Origin: Desulfobacterales bacterium
Lineage (GTDB): Bacteria; Desulfobacterota; Desulfobacteria; Desulfobacterales; UBA5616
Reading direction: 5' to 3'
NCBI GenBank assembly: GCA_046483495.1
Contig: JAWODC010000057.1
Location: 1 to 64,000, forward strand
DNA: 64,000 nt
Position numbers and translations under genes: made by a program. Every line of letters begins with the position of its first letter. The first letter of the stretch is position 1. Positions 1-10,300 of this stretch are shown here, one piece after another. The notes beneath the pieces are model-generated. The model had not been told where the DNA came from. It ran no database searches and was given only the letters and a program-made list of their open reading frames with translations.

Positions 1-216
1 CGCACAACCATACAAGAGCCCTTGGCGGCAAAAATAGCAACGAATTAAGAGAATCAACGCACCTCGACTTTGATATCGCCTCCCCGTGCTTAGTTGGGCA
101 GCGCCATACGAAAACGCTTTTACGACCGGTTTCTTCATGAGAACGCCGATCGGCTGGACCGGAAATCCATGAACAAGACCGACACGGCTGCCGAATGAGG
201 AGCGAGCTTCAAAACA

Positions 217-417
217 TCAAGATTGTGCACGCAGCAACCTGTGCGACTTGATCTTCTGAAAAACCTTCATGGTTTCCAGCAAAGCGAGCACCTGCTTTTT
301 TTTCACGTCATCACCCACTTCCACGTAGGGCGGCTGATCCGGCGCGGGCCTTCGGTAAAACACACCGGCCATGGGCGCCCGAACTTCAACGGTTTTGATT
401 TCGGCTGAAATCGACAT
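217..417 (-). pseudogene. Biotin carboxyl carrier protein, C-terminally truncated
   Basis: VRAPMAGVFYRRPAP..YVEVGD..ETMKVF matches BCCP with the biotinylated MK motif. Similarity stops after IKS (~244), and no frame supplies the usual C-terminal half of the domain. Confidence 0.75.
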
Positions 418-527
418 GGAATTTTCCTTTCGATTACCTGATTTCGGATTTCGTGCTTCGATACGAAGGGTTCCTTCAGCATTTCATGCACGTTGATTTC
501 AATGAATCGCGTTTTTGCATGACCCCC

Positions 528-2084
528 TTATGTCGGACCGGTTCCGTGCATTTTTTTCCGCGGCGGCGGCATTTCCTTTTTCTTCCGGGTGATGTCCAGC
601 GCTTCGATAATGGTTCTACGCGTATCCTTGGGTTCGATTATCTCGTCCACCACCTGGGCCGAACTGCTGTATGCGGCATCGAAGACATCCACTTTCTCCC
701 GTGACGGATGAAGGTAGGTTTCAAAGGCATCATCTTCGATTCCCCGGTTGTATACCTTTCCATAATCCACCGAAGATGCCTCGATGCCGAACCGGGCGAT
801 CGGCCAGGCGAACGTCCAATCCGCCCCCAGGCCTTTCTGCCCCCCCATAATCAGGCTTCCGGCGTCCGCATAGGCTTCGCGCAGCACAACGCTGATTTTC
901 GGCACAGTCGTCGTGGCATACGTTTCGGTGATTTTGGCGATGTGGCGGATAAGGCCCACCGCTTCCTGCTGTTCTCCCGGGACGACGGGGGGTGTGTCCA
1001 CCACATTGACCAGCGGTATATTATAGGCATCCAGCACTTGCAAAAAGCGGTAGTATTTATCGCATGAATCGATCTCGAGGATGCTTCCCGGGTGTTTTGG
1101 ATTGTTGGCCACGATGCCGACAACCTCGCCGTTGAATCGGGCAAAACACGTAATGAGCCGGCGCGCATAGTCTTTTTTGATGTCCAGAATTTCGCCGTCA
1201 TCCACGATGGTGCCGATGACCTCGTACATGTCATAAACATCCGAAAATGTGTCGGGAACCCGGTCCGCCAATTCCGCCGTTTCCCGGTTCGCATCATCCG
1301 TCACCGGCCAGGCAGGCGTTTTTTCACGGCAGTTCTGTGGAAGGTATCGAATCAGTTCCCGGCATTGAAGGATGGCATCTTCATCATCCTTGCCCACGTA
1401 GTCGCAGGTCCCGCTGATCTCCATATGGTAATCCGCGCTGCCGATCCGCTGATCGACTTTCTCACCGGTGGCTGTTTCTCCCTGCCTTGGTCCTGCGATC
1501 CAGAGGTTTGCCGAGACACGACTCATAAAAAGAAAATCACACAACGTCGGTAGATACGCACCTCCGGCGATACAGGGCCCCATGAGCACCGTGATCTGGG
1601 GCACCAGCCCGGAATAAAGCGACTGGAGGCGGAACATCCAATCGATTCCGGCATAATGAACATCCTGGTACCCGAGACGGCCGCCGGATGAATCCAGCAG
1701 GTTGACTTGTGGAATTCCCCACCTGGCGGCCAGCTTGAGGCCGTGTACGTATTTCAGGAGGTGCTGATGGCCGGTGGATCCCCCCAAAACGGTAAAGTCC
1801 GGTGCATAAAGACTGATCCACCGCCCGTGAACTTTTCCCGTCCCCACCACGGAGCCGTCGCACGGGGCGAATGTCGGCCGGCCGTCCACGCGAATCGAGG
1901 TGGGTCCTACACATGAACCGACTTCCCTGAAGCTGCCGCGGTCGAGAAGTATCTCGATGCGCTCCCGGGCCGTCAGTTTTCCCCGTTCGTGCTGGCGGTC
2001 GATATGCTTCTGCCCGCCGCCCAACCGATTTGTCGCCTGAATATCCCGGTATTTTTTTATGGCATCTTGCATTCGTATTCCCAT
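528..2084 (-). CDS. Acyl-CoA carboxylase carboxyltransferase (beta) subunit, paralog 2
   Basis: GKLTARERI, DFTVLGGS, GPCIAGGAY and VDEIIEPKDTR motifs. Start moved to ATG 2084, which has an AGGAG RBS. Confidence 0.9.
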   Translation of the reverse strand: MGIRMQDAIKKYRDIQATNRLGGGQKHIDRQHERGKLTARERIEILLDRGSFREVGSCVGPTSIRVDGRPTFAPCDGSVVGTGKVHGRWISLYAPDFTVLGGSTGHQHLLKYVHGLKLAARWGIPQVNLLDSSGGRLGYQDVHYAGIDWMFRLQSLYSGLVPQITVLMGPCIAGGAYLPTLCDFLFMSRVSANLWIAGPRQGETATGEKVDQRIGSADYHMEISGTCDYVGKDDEDAILQCRELIRYLPQNCREKTPAWPVTDDANRETAELADRVPDTFSDVYDMYEVIGTIVDDGEILDIKKDYARRLITCFARFNGEVVGIVANNPKHPGSILEIDSCDKYYRFLQVLDAYNIPLVNVVDTPPVVPGEQQEAVGLIRHIAKITETYATTTVPKISVVLREAYADAGSLIMGGQKGLGADWTFAWPIARFGIEASSVDYGKVYNRGIEDDAFETYLHPSREKVDVFDAAYSSSAQVVDEIIEPKDTRRTIIEALDITRKKKEMPPPRKKMHGTGPT

Positions 2085-2130
2085 ATTTATCTCCTGATCC
2101 GGTGATCCATTCCGATAAAGAGCGCGTTGA

Positions 2131-3684
2131 TTATGCCGGTTTAACCCAGCGTCGCCGTTGTGGAACATCTTCGCGTTTATTTTCAGAAACGTGAAGGGCG
2201 TTGATGATACGCTGCCGCGTTTCTCTTGGATCGATGACCTCATGAACCGTGTACCAGTCCGTGAAGGATTTGCCCAATGTCATGACGCTGTACATGTTCC
2301 TGATCTTGCCGACGAGAGCCGTATACATCGCTTCGAAATTTCCGCTTTCCCCGGCCGCCGCCAGCTCTTTGTGAAAAACGGCATTGACCATCATTTCAGG
2401 CCCGGTAGGAGCGAATTCCGCCGTAGGCCAGCCATAAATGAAGTCGGGTCCCATACAACTGCATCCCATGACGATATTCGATCCGCCGTAAGAGCGGCGC
2501 AGAACGATCGTGATTTTCGGGCAGGTCAGATTGCTGTAGCTATGAAGGTTTTTCGCGCCGTGCCGGATAACGCCCATCCGTTCCCATCTGTCGCCCGGCG
2601 GGAAGGCCGTCGTATCGGACATCGTGATCAGCGGTATATTGAAGGCATCCAGGAAATTGATGAACCGGTCGTATTTGTCGGAGGAATCCGGCTCCATGAT
2701 GCCGCTGAGTTCCTCGGGATTGCTGGCGGCGATGCCTGCGGCCATGCCGTCAAAACGCACCAGACCGGTAAACATATTCGGCGCGAAATCCTCCTGCAGT
2801 TCACATATTTCCCCGTTGTCCACGATCAATTCAATTATATCGTGAATATCATAGGTGAATTTGACATCATCGGGCATAATGTCGATCAGTTCTTCCTCAG
2901 ACCGTGCCGGATCATCCGTCGGCTTGATTGCGGGCGGCATTTCCCAGCAGTTTTGCGGCAAATACGTCAGAAGCGTTTTTGCTTTTTCAATGGCCTCTTC
3001 ATCGGTATCGGCTATAAGATGGCATTGACCCGATTGAACCATGTGGAAGTCCGCCCCGCCGGCTTCGGCGGTCCCCGGCTGTCCACCCCACCACAGGAAT
3101 CCGGTTTTTGCATTCATGATGACAAAATCGGACAGCACGGGTATCTGAGCCCATGGACCCGTGCAGGGGCCCAGCACCAGGGATATTCTTGGTATGATGC
3201 CGGAATAACGGCAGTAGTTTCGCACCAGACGGGCCAGCCCATGCAGGCCTATCGAGCCGTTTTTCATGCCGATACGGGAGCCGGCCGAATCCCACATGCC
3301 GATAATCGGGACCTGTTCCTGGCCGGCCATCTTCATGAGCTCGGCCATTTTCCACGCCCCCTGATCCCCCACGGCTCCGGACATGACGGTGAAATCGGTG
3401 GCGTAAACCATGATTCTGCGCCCCATAACCGTGGCAAGACCCATCACCACACCGTCTCCCGGGCTTGGGAGCCCGCTGCCTTCCTGGCCGTGAAGTGAAT
3501 TTTCCCGGACAACCGTTCCGATTTCTTCAAATGATCCCGGATCGGCGAGCACCTGTATGCGCTCCCGGGCCGTCAGCTTCCCCAGTGAATGCTGAACCTG
3601 GATGCGGTGTTCACCGCCCCCCTCGAGGTTCTCCTGACGGACCCTTTCCAGCTTTTTCAAATACCCGTTCATCCACTGCCCCAT
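2131..3684 (-). CDS. Acyl-CoA carboxylase carboxyltransferase (beta) subunit, paralog 1
   Basis: GKLTARERI, DFTVMSGA, RRSYGG and EVIDPRETR motifs. ATG 3684 has a GGAGG RBS. Confidence 0.9.
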   Translation of the reverse strand: MGQWMNGYLKKLERVRQENLEGGGEHRIQVQHSLGKLTARERIQVLADPGSFEEIGTVVRENSLHGQEGSGLPSPGDGVVMGLATVMGRRIMVYATDFTVMSGAVGDQGAWKMAELMKMAGQEQVPIIGMWDSAGSRIGMKNGSIGLHGLARLVRNYCRYSGIIPRISLVLGPCTGPWAQIPVLSDFVIMNAKTGFLWWGGQPGTAEAGGADFHMVQSGQCHLIADTDEEAIEKAKTLLTYLPQNCWEMPPAIKPTDDPARSEEELIDIMPDDVKFTYDIHDIIELIVDNGEICELQEDFAPNMFTGLVRFDGMAAGIAASNPEELSGIMEPDSSDKYDRFINFLDAFNIPLITMSDTTAFPPGDRWERMGVIRHGAKNLHSYSNLTCPKITIVLRRSYGGSNIVMGCSCMGPDFIYGWPTAEFAPTGPEMMVNAVFHKELAAAGESGNFEAMYTALVGKIRNMYSVMTLGKSFTDWYTVHEVIDPRETRQRIINALHVSENKREDVPQRRRWVKPA

Positions 3685-3768
3685 AGCCGCAACCTCCTTG
3701 CAAGACGACCACGCGCCATCTGCCATTCGCGAAAAGCCGTTCGGCTGAATGTGCCGAGTTCGGCGTCG

Positions 3769-4920
3769 TTAAAACCCTTCCCGTTTGGCGATCACATCCC
3801 GCATGACCTCATCGGCCCCGCCGCCGATACTCAGGCCGATGGAATCCCTGTAATAACGGGATATGAGCGTTTCCTTCATGAACCCGATGCCGCCGTGCAT
3901 CCGAAGGCATCCGGCCACTATCGAATTGAAAATCCGGCCGGCGAACAGCTTTCCCATGGAGATTTCGCGTGTGGCATCCCGTCCGGCCGTTTTTATCCGT
4001 ACGATCTCATAGGACAGCTGGCGAAGGCACTCGATTTCCGTGAGCCAATCGACAAGCTGATGCTTCAATGCCTGGTTCTTGATCAGCGGCTTTCCGAATG
4101 CGACCCGCTGTTTTAAATAGTCCGCCGTCATGTCGATCACCAAGCGGGCCGAAATATACGTCGGCGGCAGCAGAGAGAAGCGTTCATGCTGAAATTGCTT
4201 CATCTGGTAGATAAAGCCCTCCCCCTCTTTACCGATGAGATTTTCCGCGGGAACGCACACGTCATCGAAAAAAATCTCCGCCGTATCGCTGCACCAGACA
4301 CCCAATTTTTCCAGCTTGCGGCCGACCCGAACACCGGGCAGGTCGGCGGGCACCACAAACAGGCTGAACGAATGCGCACCCGGCTCATCACGGGTTCGAG
4401 CCAGCAGCGTGTAGAAATCGGCCTGGGTTCCATTGGTGATGTAGATTTTGGACCCGTTCAACACATAAAAATCCCCATCCCGTTCGGCCCTGCTCTGAAG
4501 CCCCGCCACATCCGAACCCGCGTTGGGTTCCGTTACGGCGATGGCGCCGACCAACTCTCCTGAAATGGCGCCTCGCAAATACTTGTCCTTCAGGTATTCG
4601 CTGCCGAATTCCGCGATGGCGGGGGTGGCCATGTTGGTCTGCACGGTGATCGCCACCCAAAGACCCGGGGCGCGGATATATCCGAGCTCCTCCAGGAAAA
4701 CGGTCTCATACCAGTAGTCCAGCCCCTGTCCGCCGTAGGCAGGATCATACCGAATACCCAAAAAGCCCAGCCGTCCCATTTTTCTGAAAAGATCGTTTAG
4801 CGGTACGATGCAGGCATCCTCCCAGTCATCCACATACGGGTTGATTTCTTTATTCACAAAATCCCTTACGGATTTTCTGACCAGTTCGTGATCCTTATCG
4901 AAGTTCGGATTGAATCCCAT
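3769..4920 (-). CDS. Acyl-CoA dehydrogenase (AtuD/long-chain ACAD-like)
   Basis: AVTEPNAGSD, LNGSKIYITNG, RVAFGKP, HGGIGF and SIGGGADEVM motifs. Confidence 0.92.
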   Translation of the reverse strand: MGFNPNFDKDHELVRKSVRDFVNKEINPYVDDWEDACIVPLNDLFRKMGRLGFLGIRYDPAYGGQGLDYWYETVFLEELGYIRAPGLWVAITVQTNMATPAIAEFGSEYLKDKYLRGAISGELVGAIAVTEPNAGSDVAGLQSRAERDGDFYVLNGSKIYITNGTQADFYTLLARTRDEPGAHSFSLFVVPADLPGVRVGRKLEKLGVWCSDTAEIFFDDVCVPAENLIGKEGEGFIYQMKQFQHERFSLLPPTYISARLVIDMTADYLKQRVAFGKPLIKNQALKHQLVDWLTEIECLRQLSYEIVRIKTAGRDATREISMGKLFAGRIFNSIVAGCLRMHGGIGFMKETLISRYYRDSIGLSIGGGADEVMRDVIAKREGF

Positions 4921-4970
4921 TTCTTCCCCCGTTTTGTTTCACGCAGGCGGTCGCCCCGCAACGTCGGTTA

Positions 4971-6563
4971 TTAAACGCCATAAACATTCGCATATGCTTG
5001 TTTCAGCATGTGCTTTTTCACTTTCCCCGTTGCCGTCACCGGAAATTGGTCCAGAAATAAAACCTTTTTCGGCACTTCAAATCGTCCCAATTTCTTTTTG
5101 CAATGCTCCAGAATCATCTGTTCCGTCAATCGAAGGCCGGGGGTAAGGCTCACGAATGCGGTAACGGCCTCTCCCCAATGGGAATGGGGAAGCCCTACCA
5201 CCCCGGCATTGGCGATGCCCTCGAGTTCCAAAATCGACTCCTCGATTTTGATTGAAGAAACGTTTTCTCCCCCGGTTTTCACGATATCCTTGTTCCGGTC
5301 GATAAACCGCAACTGATTGTCCTCATCAATGAAACCGATATCGCCGGAGTGATGCCATCCGTGAGCCCGGGAAGCGGCGGTGGACTGCTCGTCTTTGTAG
5401 TAGCCCAGCATCACCTGCGGACTGCGCCAAACAATTTCCCCGACTTTACCCCTGGAAAGTATTCGCCCCTCTTCATCCATTATCGCCTGGTCACAGGTTA
5501 CGGAACCGTCTCCCCAATAATTTCCCTCTTTCACCTCTCCCCAAACAGGGGCGAGCCGGGTGGCCACCCCGGCGATTTCGGTTTGTCCGGAGCATAAACT
5601 GAATGTGCATCCGAACGTTCTGCCGAGCGATTTCAATGTCACGGCATCCATGGGCGCCATTCCGTACATGCATCGCTTCAAACTGCTGTAGTCATATCGG
5701 CCGATGTTCGGCGAAGCGGCCAGTGCCTTCCACATCAGCGGCAAAAGGGCCATCGTGTTAATCCGTTCCGATTCGATGAGGTGGAGTATGTCATCGGGTT
5801 GGAATTCGGCAACCAGAACCAATTTTCCCCCGAGGTGAAGCGACAGCAGCGCGGCCAACTCGGCGGTAATATGAAAAAGCGGCAGCACAATGCCCGTATC
5901 GGCGCTCTCCTGTCCGATACCGATGCTGAGGGCGCTGTTCAATGAGGTAATGAACAGGTTTTTATGCGACGCCACCACTCCTTTCGGCCTGGCCGTGGTG
6001 CCGCTGGTGTACATGATTTGGGCTGAATCGTCGTCTTCGATAATGATGTCCTCGATTTCGTCATCCGGATGCCCGTTGAGAAATGCATCCAGGGATGAAA
6101 AAGCCGACGTCTTCTTATCCCCCGCATCGTTAAACCCGACAAGGACGAAATCGTCTCCCGCTGAACATGCCATTTCTTCCATTCGGGGAAAAAGGCTGTA
6201 ATCGGCCAGAATGGCACGGGCGCCTGAATGATCGATCGTGTAGTGGATATCCTCCCGGCTTTGGTGATAATTCATCGGAACGGCGACAAAACCGCCTTTG
6301 AAGATGCCCAAAAGCGCCGTCATATAATCGATGGAGTTCGGACCGATTACCGCGACCCGGTCGCCCTGCCGTATGCCGGCCGCCCGCATGGCGGCCACGA
6401 ACCGGTTCAGGCGGGAATTCAGCCCGCTGTAAGTCAAGGCCAGGCGGTTTCCGGCCTTATATTCCACCAGGGCTTCCTGATTCTCATGACTTTGGGCTCT
6501 GCGCCGCACCATGTCGCCGAGAGCGATGCGACGAATCAGGTTTGTTTCAAGAGGGCTGCTCAT
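4971..6563 (-). CDS. AMP-dependent acyl-CoA synthetase / fatty-acid-CoA ligase
   Basis: YTSGTTARPKG AMP-binding motif, plus GQTE, WHHSGD, TGGENV and TATGKVKK. Confidence 0.93.
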   Translation of the reverse strand: MSSPLETNLIRRIALGDMVRRRAQSHENQEALVEYKAGNRLALTYSGLNSRLNRFVAAMRAAGIRQGDRVAVIGPNSIDYMTALLGIFKGGFVAVPMNYHQSREDIHYTIDHSGARAILADYSLFPRMEEMACSAGDDFVLVGFNDAGDKKTSAFSSLDAFLNGHPDDEIEDIIIEDDDSAQIMYTSGTTARPKGVVASHKNLFITSLNSALSIGIGQESADTGIVLPLFHITAELAALLSLHLGGKLVLVAEFQPDDILHLIESERINTMALLPLMWKALAASPNIGRYDYSSLKRCMYGMAPMDAVTLKSLGRTFGCTFSLCSGQTEIAGVATRLAPVWGEVKEGNYWGDGSVTCDQAIMDEEGRILSRGKVGEIVWRSPQVMLGYYKDEQSTAASRAHGWHHSGDIGFIDEDNQLRFIDRNKDIVKTGGENVSSIKIEESILELEGIANAGVVGLPHSHWGEAVTAFVSLTPGLRLTEQMILEHCKKKLGRFEVPKKVLFLDQFPVTATGKVKKHMLKQAYANVYGV

Positions 6564-6685
6564 GATAACCTCCGGGAGAACATTTGCCGTGGATCACTCC
6601 GACATTTTTTTGCGATCCTCCTTTGCCGTTGCGTTTCTCCTGATAGATCATTCATCAGGCCGAACCATCGCGAAAACGGTTTGCC

Positions 6686-6952
6686 TCATTTTTTCGAAAA
6701 CGAGGAGGTTTCCATTTTTAAAAAATCCGACATGCCGTACAAATCGATCTTATGTCGATAATGCCTGAGAAATTCGATGCCGCACCGGTCACAGTGAATA
6801 AGCCCGGAAAGCTGCAGCCGGATTTGCTTCTTTTCCAAGAGTGCTTTTTCGATGACTTTTTTTAAAACCGGCAACGATGATGCATTCAGTATGCCGTCGA
6901 CCTTTAAATTCAACACGTCGTTTCTTCCGCTTTTGTCTACGATATGGAGCAT
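6686..6952 (-). CDS. Small STAS-domain-like protein
   Basis: 88-aa ORF with LKVDGIL...IRLQLSGLIHCDRCGIEFL, a STAS-like pattern. First gene after the sigma-54 promoter. Confidence 0.6.
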   Translation of the reverse strand: MLHIVDKSGRNDVLNLKVDGILNASSLPVLKKVIEKALLEKKQIRLQLSGLIHCDRCGIEFLRHYRHKIDLYGMSDFLKMETSSFSKK

Positions 6953-7018
6953 ATAGTTATCACTGAATGCGGGTAGTGGTTGATACGGGCGACTGACGGT
7001 CGCATGCAGTCCATAGTT

Positions 7019-7034
7019 TGCAAATACCATACCA
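7019..7034 (-). promoter_or_regulatory. Sigma-54 (-24/-12) promoter of the acyl-CoA operon
   Basis: Minus strand reads TGGTAT-GGTAT-TTGCA (GG-N10-GC). It lies divergent from a GAFTGA activator gene. Confidence 0.7.
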
Positions 7035-7076
7035 TTGCCGTCATCACGGTTTTAAACCTGAATTTCAGTTCGTTTA

Positions 7077-7219
7077 GTGTCTATCCGGAAATGAGAAAAT
7101 TCGATTCCGTTCAAGGCGGCCGAGAAATTTTAACCGAATGAATACATTGAGAATTTTGAGGATTATAATTTCCCGGCCAACACCGAAAGTGAGCGAATCA
7201 GTCATTTCTGGATGGACAC
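7077..7219 (+). repeat. ~143-bp palindromic MITE-like repeat, copy A (full)
   Basis: Terminal IR GTGTCTATCCGGAAATG...CATTTCTGGATGGACAC. Closely similar to 18870-19012 and to the reverse complement of 35282-35424. Confidence 0.9.
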
Positions 7220-7271
7220 GGGTTCGTGCGGATGATCCCTGCACGCCCCCTGTTTTTTTAACTGGATAGTA

Positions 7272-7301
7272 TTGACATCACGAAATTTAGTGATTTATAA
7301 A
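7272..7301 (+). promoter_or_regulatory. Putative sigma-70 promoter of the activator gene
   Basis: TTGACA-N18-TATAAA about 30 nt upstream of ATG 7332. Confidence 0.4.
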
Positions 7302-7331
7302 AGAAACACACCTGAATCCAAGAGGCTGCCT

Positions 7332-10300
7332 ATGGCCATACCGATGCACCCACCGCGAGCAGATCGTAATCGCCCTTTAATCATTGCCTCGCTTTTCGAG
7401 GGGCGGTTTTCCATCGACTGGCTTTTGGAAATTACCGGCTTAACAGCGGAACAGCTGTTGTTGTCCATTGAAAAGGCGGTTGATGACGGCATACTGGTAA
7501 AGCAGGGCCCCGGCCGGTATATGTTTACGGATAGTCAACAGCGGCTGGATTACCATGCCCTCCTCATGCCGGAAGAAAAAGGAAGATACAGCCGATTGAT
7601 TACCCGTCTCCTTTTGCGGGAACCGGTGGATGAAACCGAGGCAGTGGATACCGTGGCAAACCATCTTTTGAAGGTTCCAAATTCTCTGGAAGGATGCCGG
7701 CGCCTGTTGACCTGCGGCGACACGTATCGCCGGAGCAATCGCCACAAAGAGGCCACCCACTGCTACCGGAAAGTGATCACCGACTTAAAGCGGGACAATA
7801 CGGAAGAGGCGGACCGGCTCGTCATCGATGCGGCGTTAGGCTATTCCAGGGTTTCCGATGCTGAAACGGACTTGAGATCCGTGACATCCGCCCTCAATGA
7901 CGCCATTTCCAGGGCTCAAAAGCACGACAGCAAGTCCCATGCGGCAATGTTGAAAATACATTTGGCCATGACGAATTGGATGCTGTTCGATTTCAAATCC
8001 GCTTTTCGTCATTTCAATCAAGGGTATGACATCGCCAAGGAAATCGACGACCCGTCCCTCAGGTATGCGGTAAACGCGTTTACTTCCCTTTTTCTTTTTT
8101 ATCAGGGACGTTTTAAAGAAGTCGTCAAAAATTATGAGGACATCGCACCCGTCATTTCGAAATACCCCAAAACACGGACGGCCATTCATGCCGCGTTTGT
8201 CACCGGCTGCGCGTACGCCTACACAGGAGATCTGACCCAGGGCATGGGTTTGCTGAATGCCCTTTATAACGACAACAAAAACAAAGGCGATCTTTATGTC
8301 GAAAGTACGCTGTCCCTTGCCATCGGGTGGATTCTGCTCGAAATCAATGACATCGACAACGCCCTTCTTTATCTGGAGGAAGCCGGAGAAAAAGCGGCTG
8401 CGGCCCCTCACTACATCACCCTGCTTTTCTGTCTCGATGCATTGGCGGCGGCGTACATCCGGAAAAAAGATGTAGGCCGCGCCAGCGAATATCTGAAAAA
8501 ATGCCTCGATCTTTGCAATAACATCAATTTCGAAACCTACCAGCTGTTCAATCTGCTCGAAATTTACTGGCATGCAGGGCAGGAAAACATCTCCGGGTTG
8601 GACCACTTCTCGGTCGATGCTGAAATCCAACGCGCCGTTCTCAGCAGGGACATTCGAAATAAAGGCGTGGCCTACCGCTACCAGGGCATTCTCAGACGGC
8701 AGAAAGGCCAAACGCACCAGAAGGTCATCCAATCCTTGTTGCTGTCCATCAAATGGCTGAAAGAGGCCGGGCATCGAACGCAGTTGGCAAAAACCCGCGT
8801 GGAGCTTGCCAGGGAATACATCTCAAAAGGAAGTGAAGACAGGGGCAGAAAAGAAATAGTGAAGATCGCGGGCGATGTCGATCTTTACGGGAATCACCTG
8901 GTACCACGGGATATGCGTTTTTTGCTGGAGAAGCGCCGTGAGGAGAAGGACCTTTTCAAGGAAATGATCAAGCTCGGCCAGGAATTGGTTATGATTCGGG
9001 ACTATCGGGAACTGGTGCGGCACATTATTTCAACGGCCAATCGTATTACAGGCGCCGAACGAGGGGCCATTTTCGTTCTCGATGAGGGGGCCTCCACCAC
9101 CGGACCGACCCTTCGAGCGGCCACCAATCTGAATGAGGCCGATGTCAGCCATCCCGACTTCACCGATTCCAAAAATATGATCCGAAAATCCCTGGCAACG
9201 GAAACGGGTGTTTTTCTGAATCGGGAACCCTCGGAAAGCGACGGCCGCAGCAGTATACCCCCCATTCGGAACTGCATCTGTGTGCCCATGAAAATAAGAG
9301 GCGGCACCGTGGGCGTTTTGTACCACGACAACCGGTTCTTTCCGAGCCGGTTCAAAGAGAAGGATCTCGAGATACTCTCGTATTTCGCCGCACAGGCGGC
9401 CATCGCCATGGACAATGCCGGTGCATACGAGGAAATCAAATCCTTAAATGAAATCCTGAAGCAGGAAAATGAATATTATGAAGAGCAGCATATCGCCGCA
9501 CACCACTTCGAGGAGATCGTCGGAGAGAGCGGCGCTGTAAAAGAGGTCATCGCGAAGGTGATTCAAGTCGCCCAAACGGACTCGAATATTCTGATACTGG
9601 GTGAAACGGGGGTGGGAAAAGAGCTCGTTGCAAGGGCCATTCATCGAAGAAGCAGCAGAAAAGACAAGCCGTTTGTCAGCGTAAACTGCAGCGCTTTTCC
9701 CGAATCCCTGATCGCAAGCGAATTGTTCGGACACGAAAAGGGCGCTTTTACGGGGGCTTCCCACCAGCGCACCGGCAGGTTCGAACTGGCGCACAACGGC
9801 ACAATTTTTATCGATGAAATCGGAGAAATTTCAAAGGATGTTCAGGTGCGTCTTCTCAGGGTGCTGCAAAGCAAGGAATTCGAGCGTCTTGGTGGGAAAA
9901 AGACGCTCTACTCAAACTTTCGTCTCATCACCGCAACCAACAGTGACCTTGTCCAGGATGTGAGGTCGGGGAAGTTCAGGGAAGATCTGTACTACCGGCT
10001 GAACGTTTTTCCCATTGTCGTTCCGCCCTTACGGAAAAGAAGGGAAGACATCCCGCTGCTGGCGTATTATTTCCTCGATATCTACGCACAGAAGCTGAAA
10101 AAAAAGGTAATGAAAATCACCGATGCAGACATGCAAAAATTGATTCAGTATGATTGGCCGGGCAATGTCCGCGAGCTTGAAAATGTCATAGAAAGAGGCG
10201 TTATATTGAGTGCGGGCGCCCGTTTTAAGATACCGGAACTGATCTACAAAAACACGAGGGATACGACGGAAAGCCCCCTGGTGACGTTTGCCGAAAATGA

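Noticed and set aside
1..250. GTGCG motifs (minus strand 1-5, plus strand 241-245) suggesting a group II intron boundary
   Set aside because: No domain V/VI-like sequence or reverse transcriptase is visible, and a 5-mer is expected by chance.
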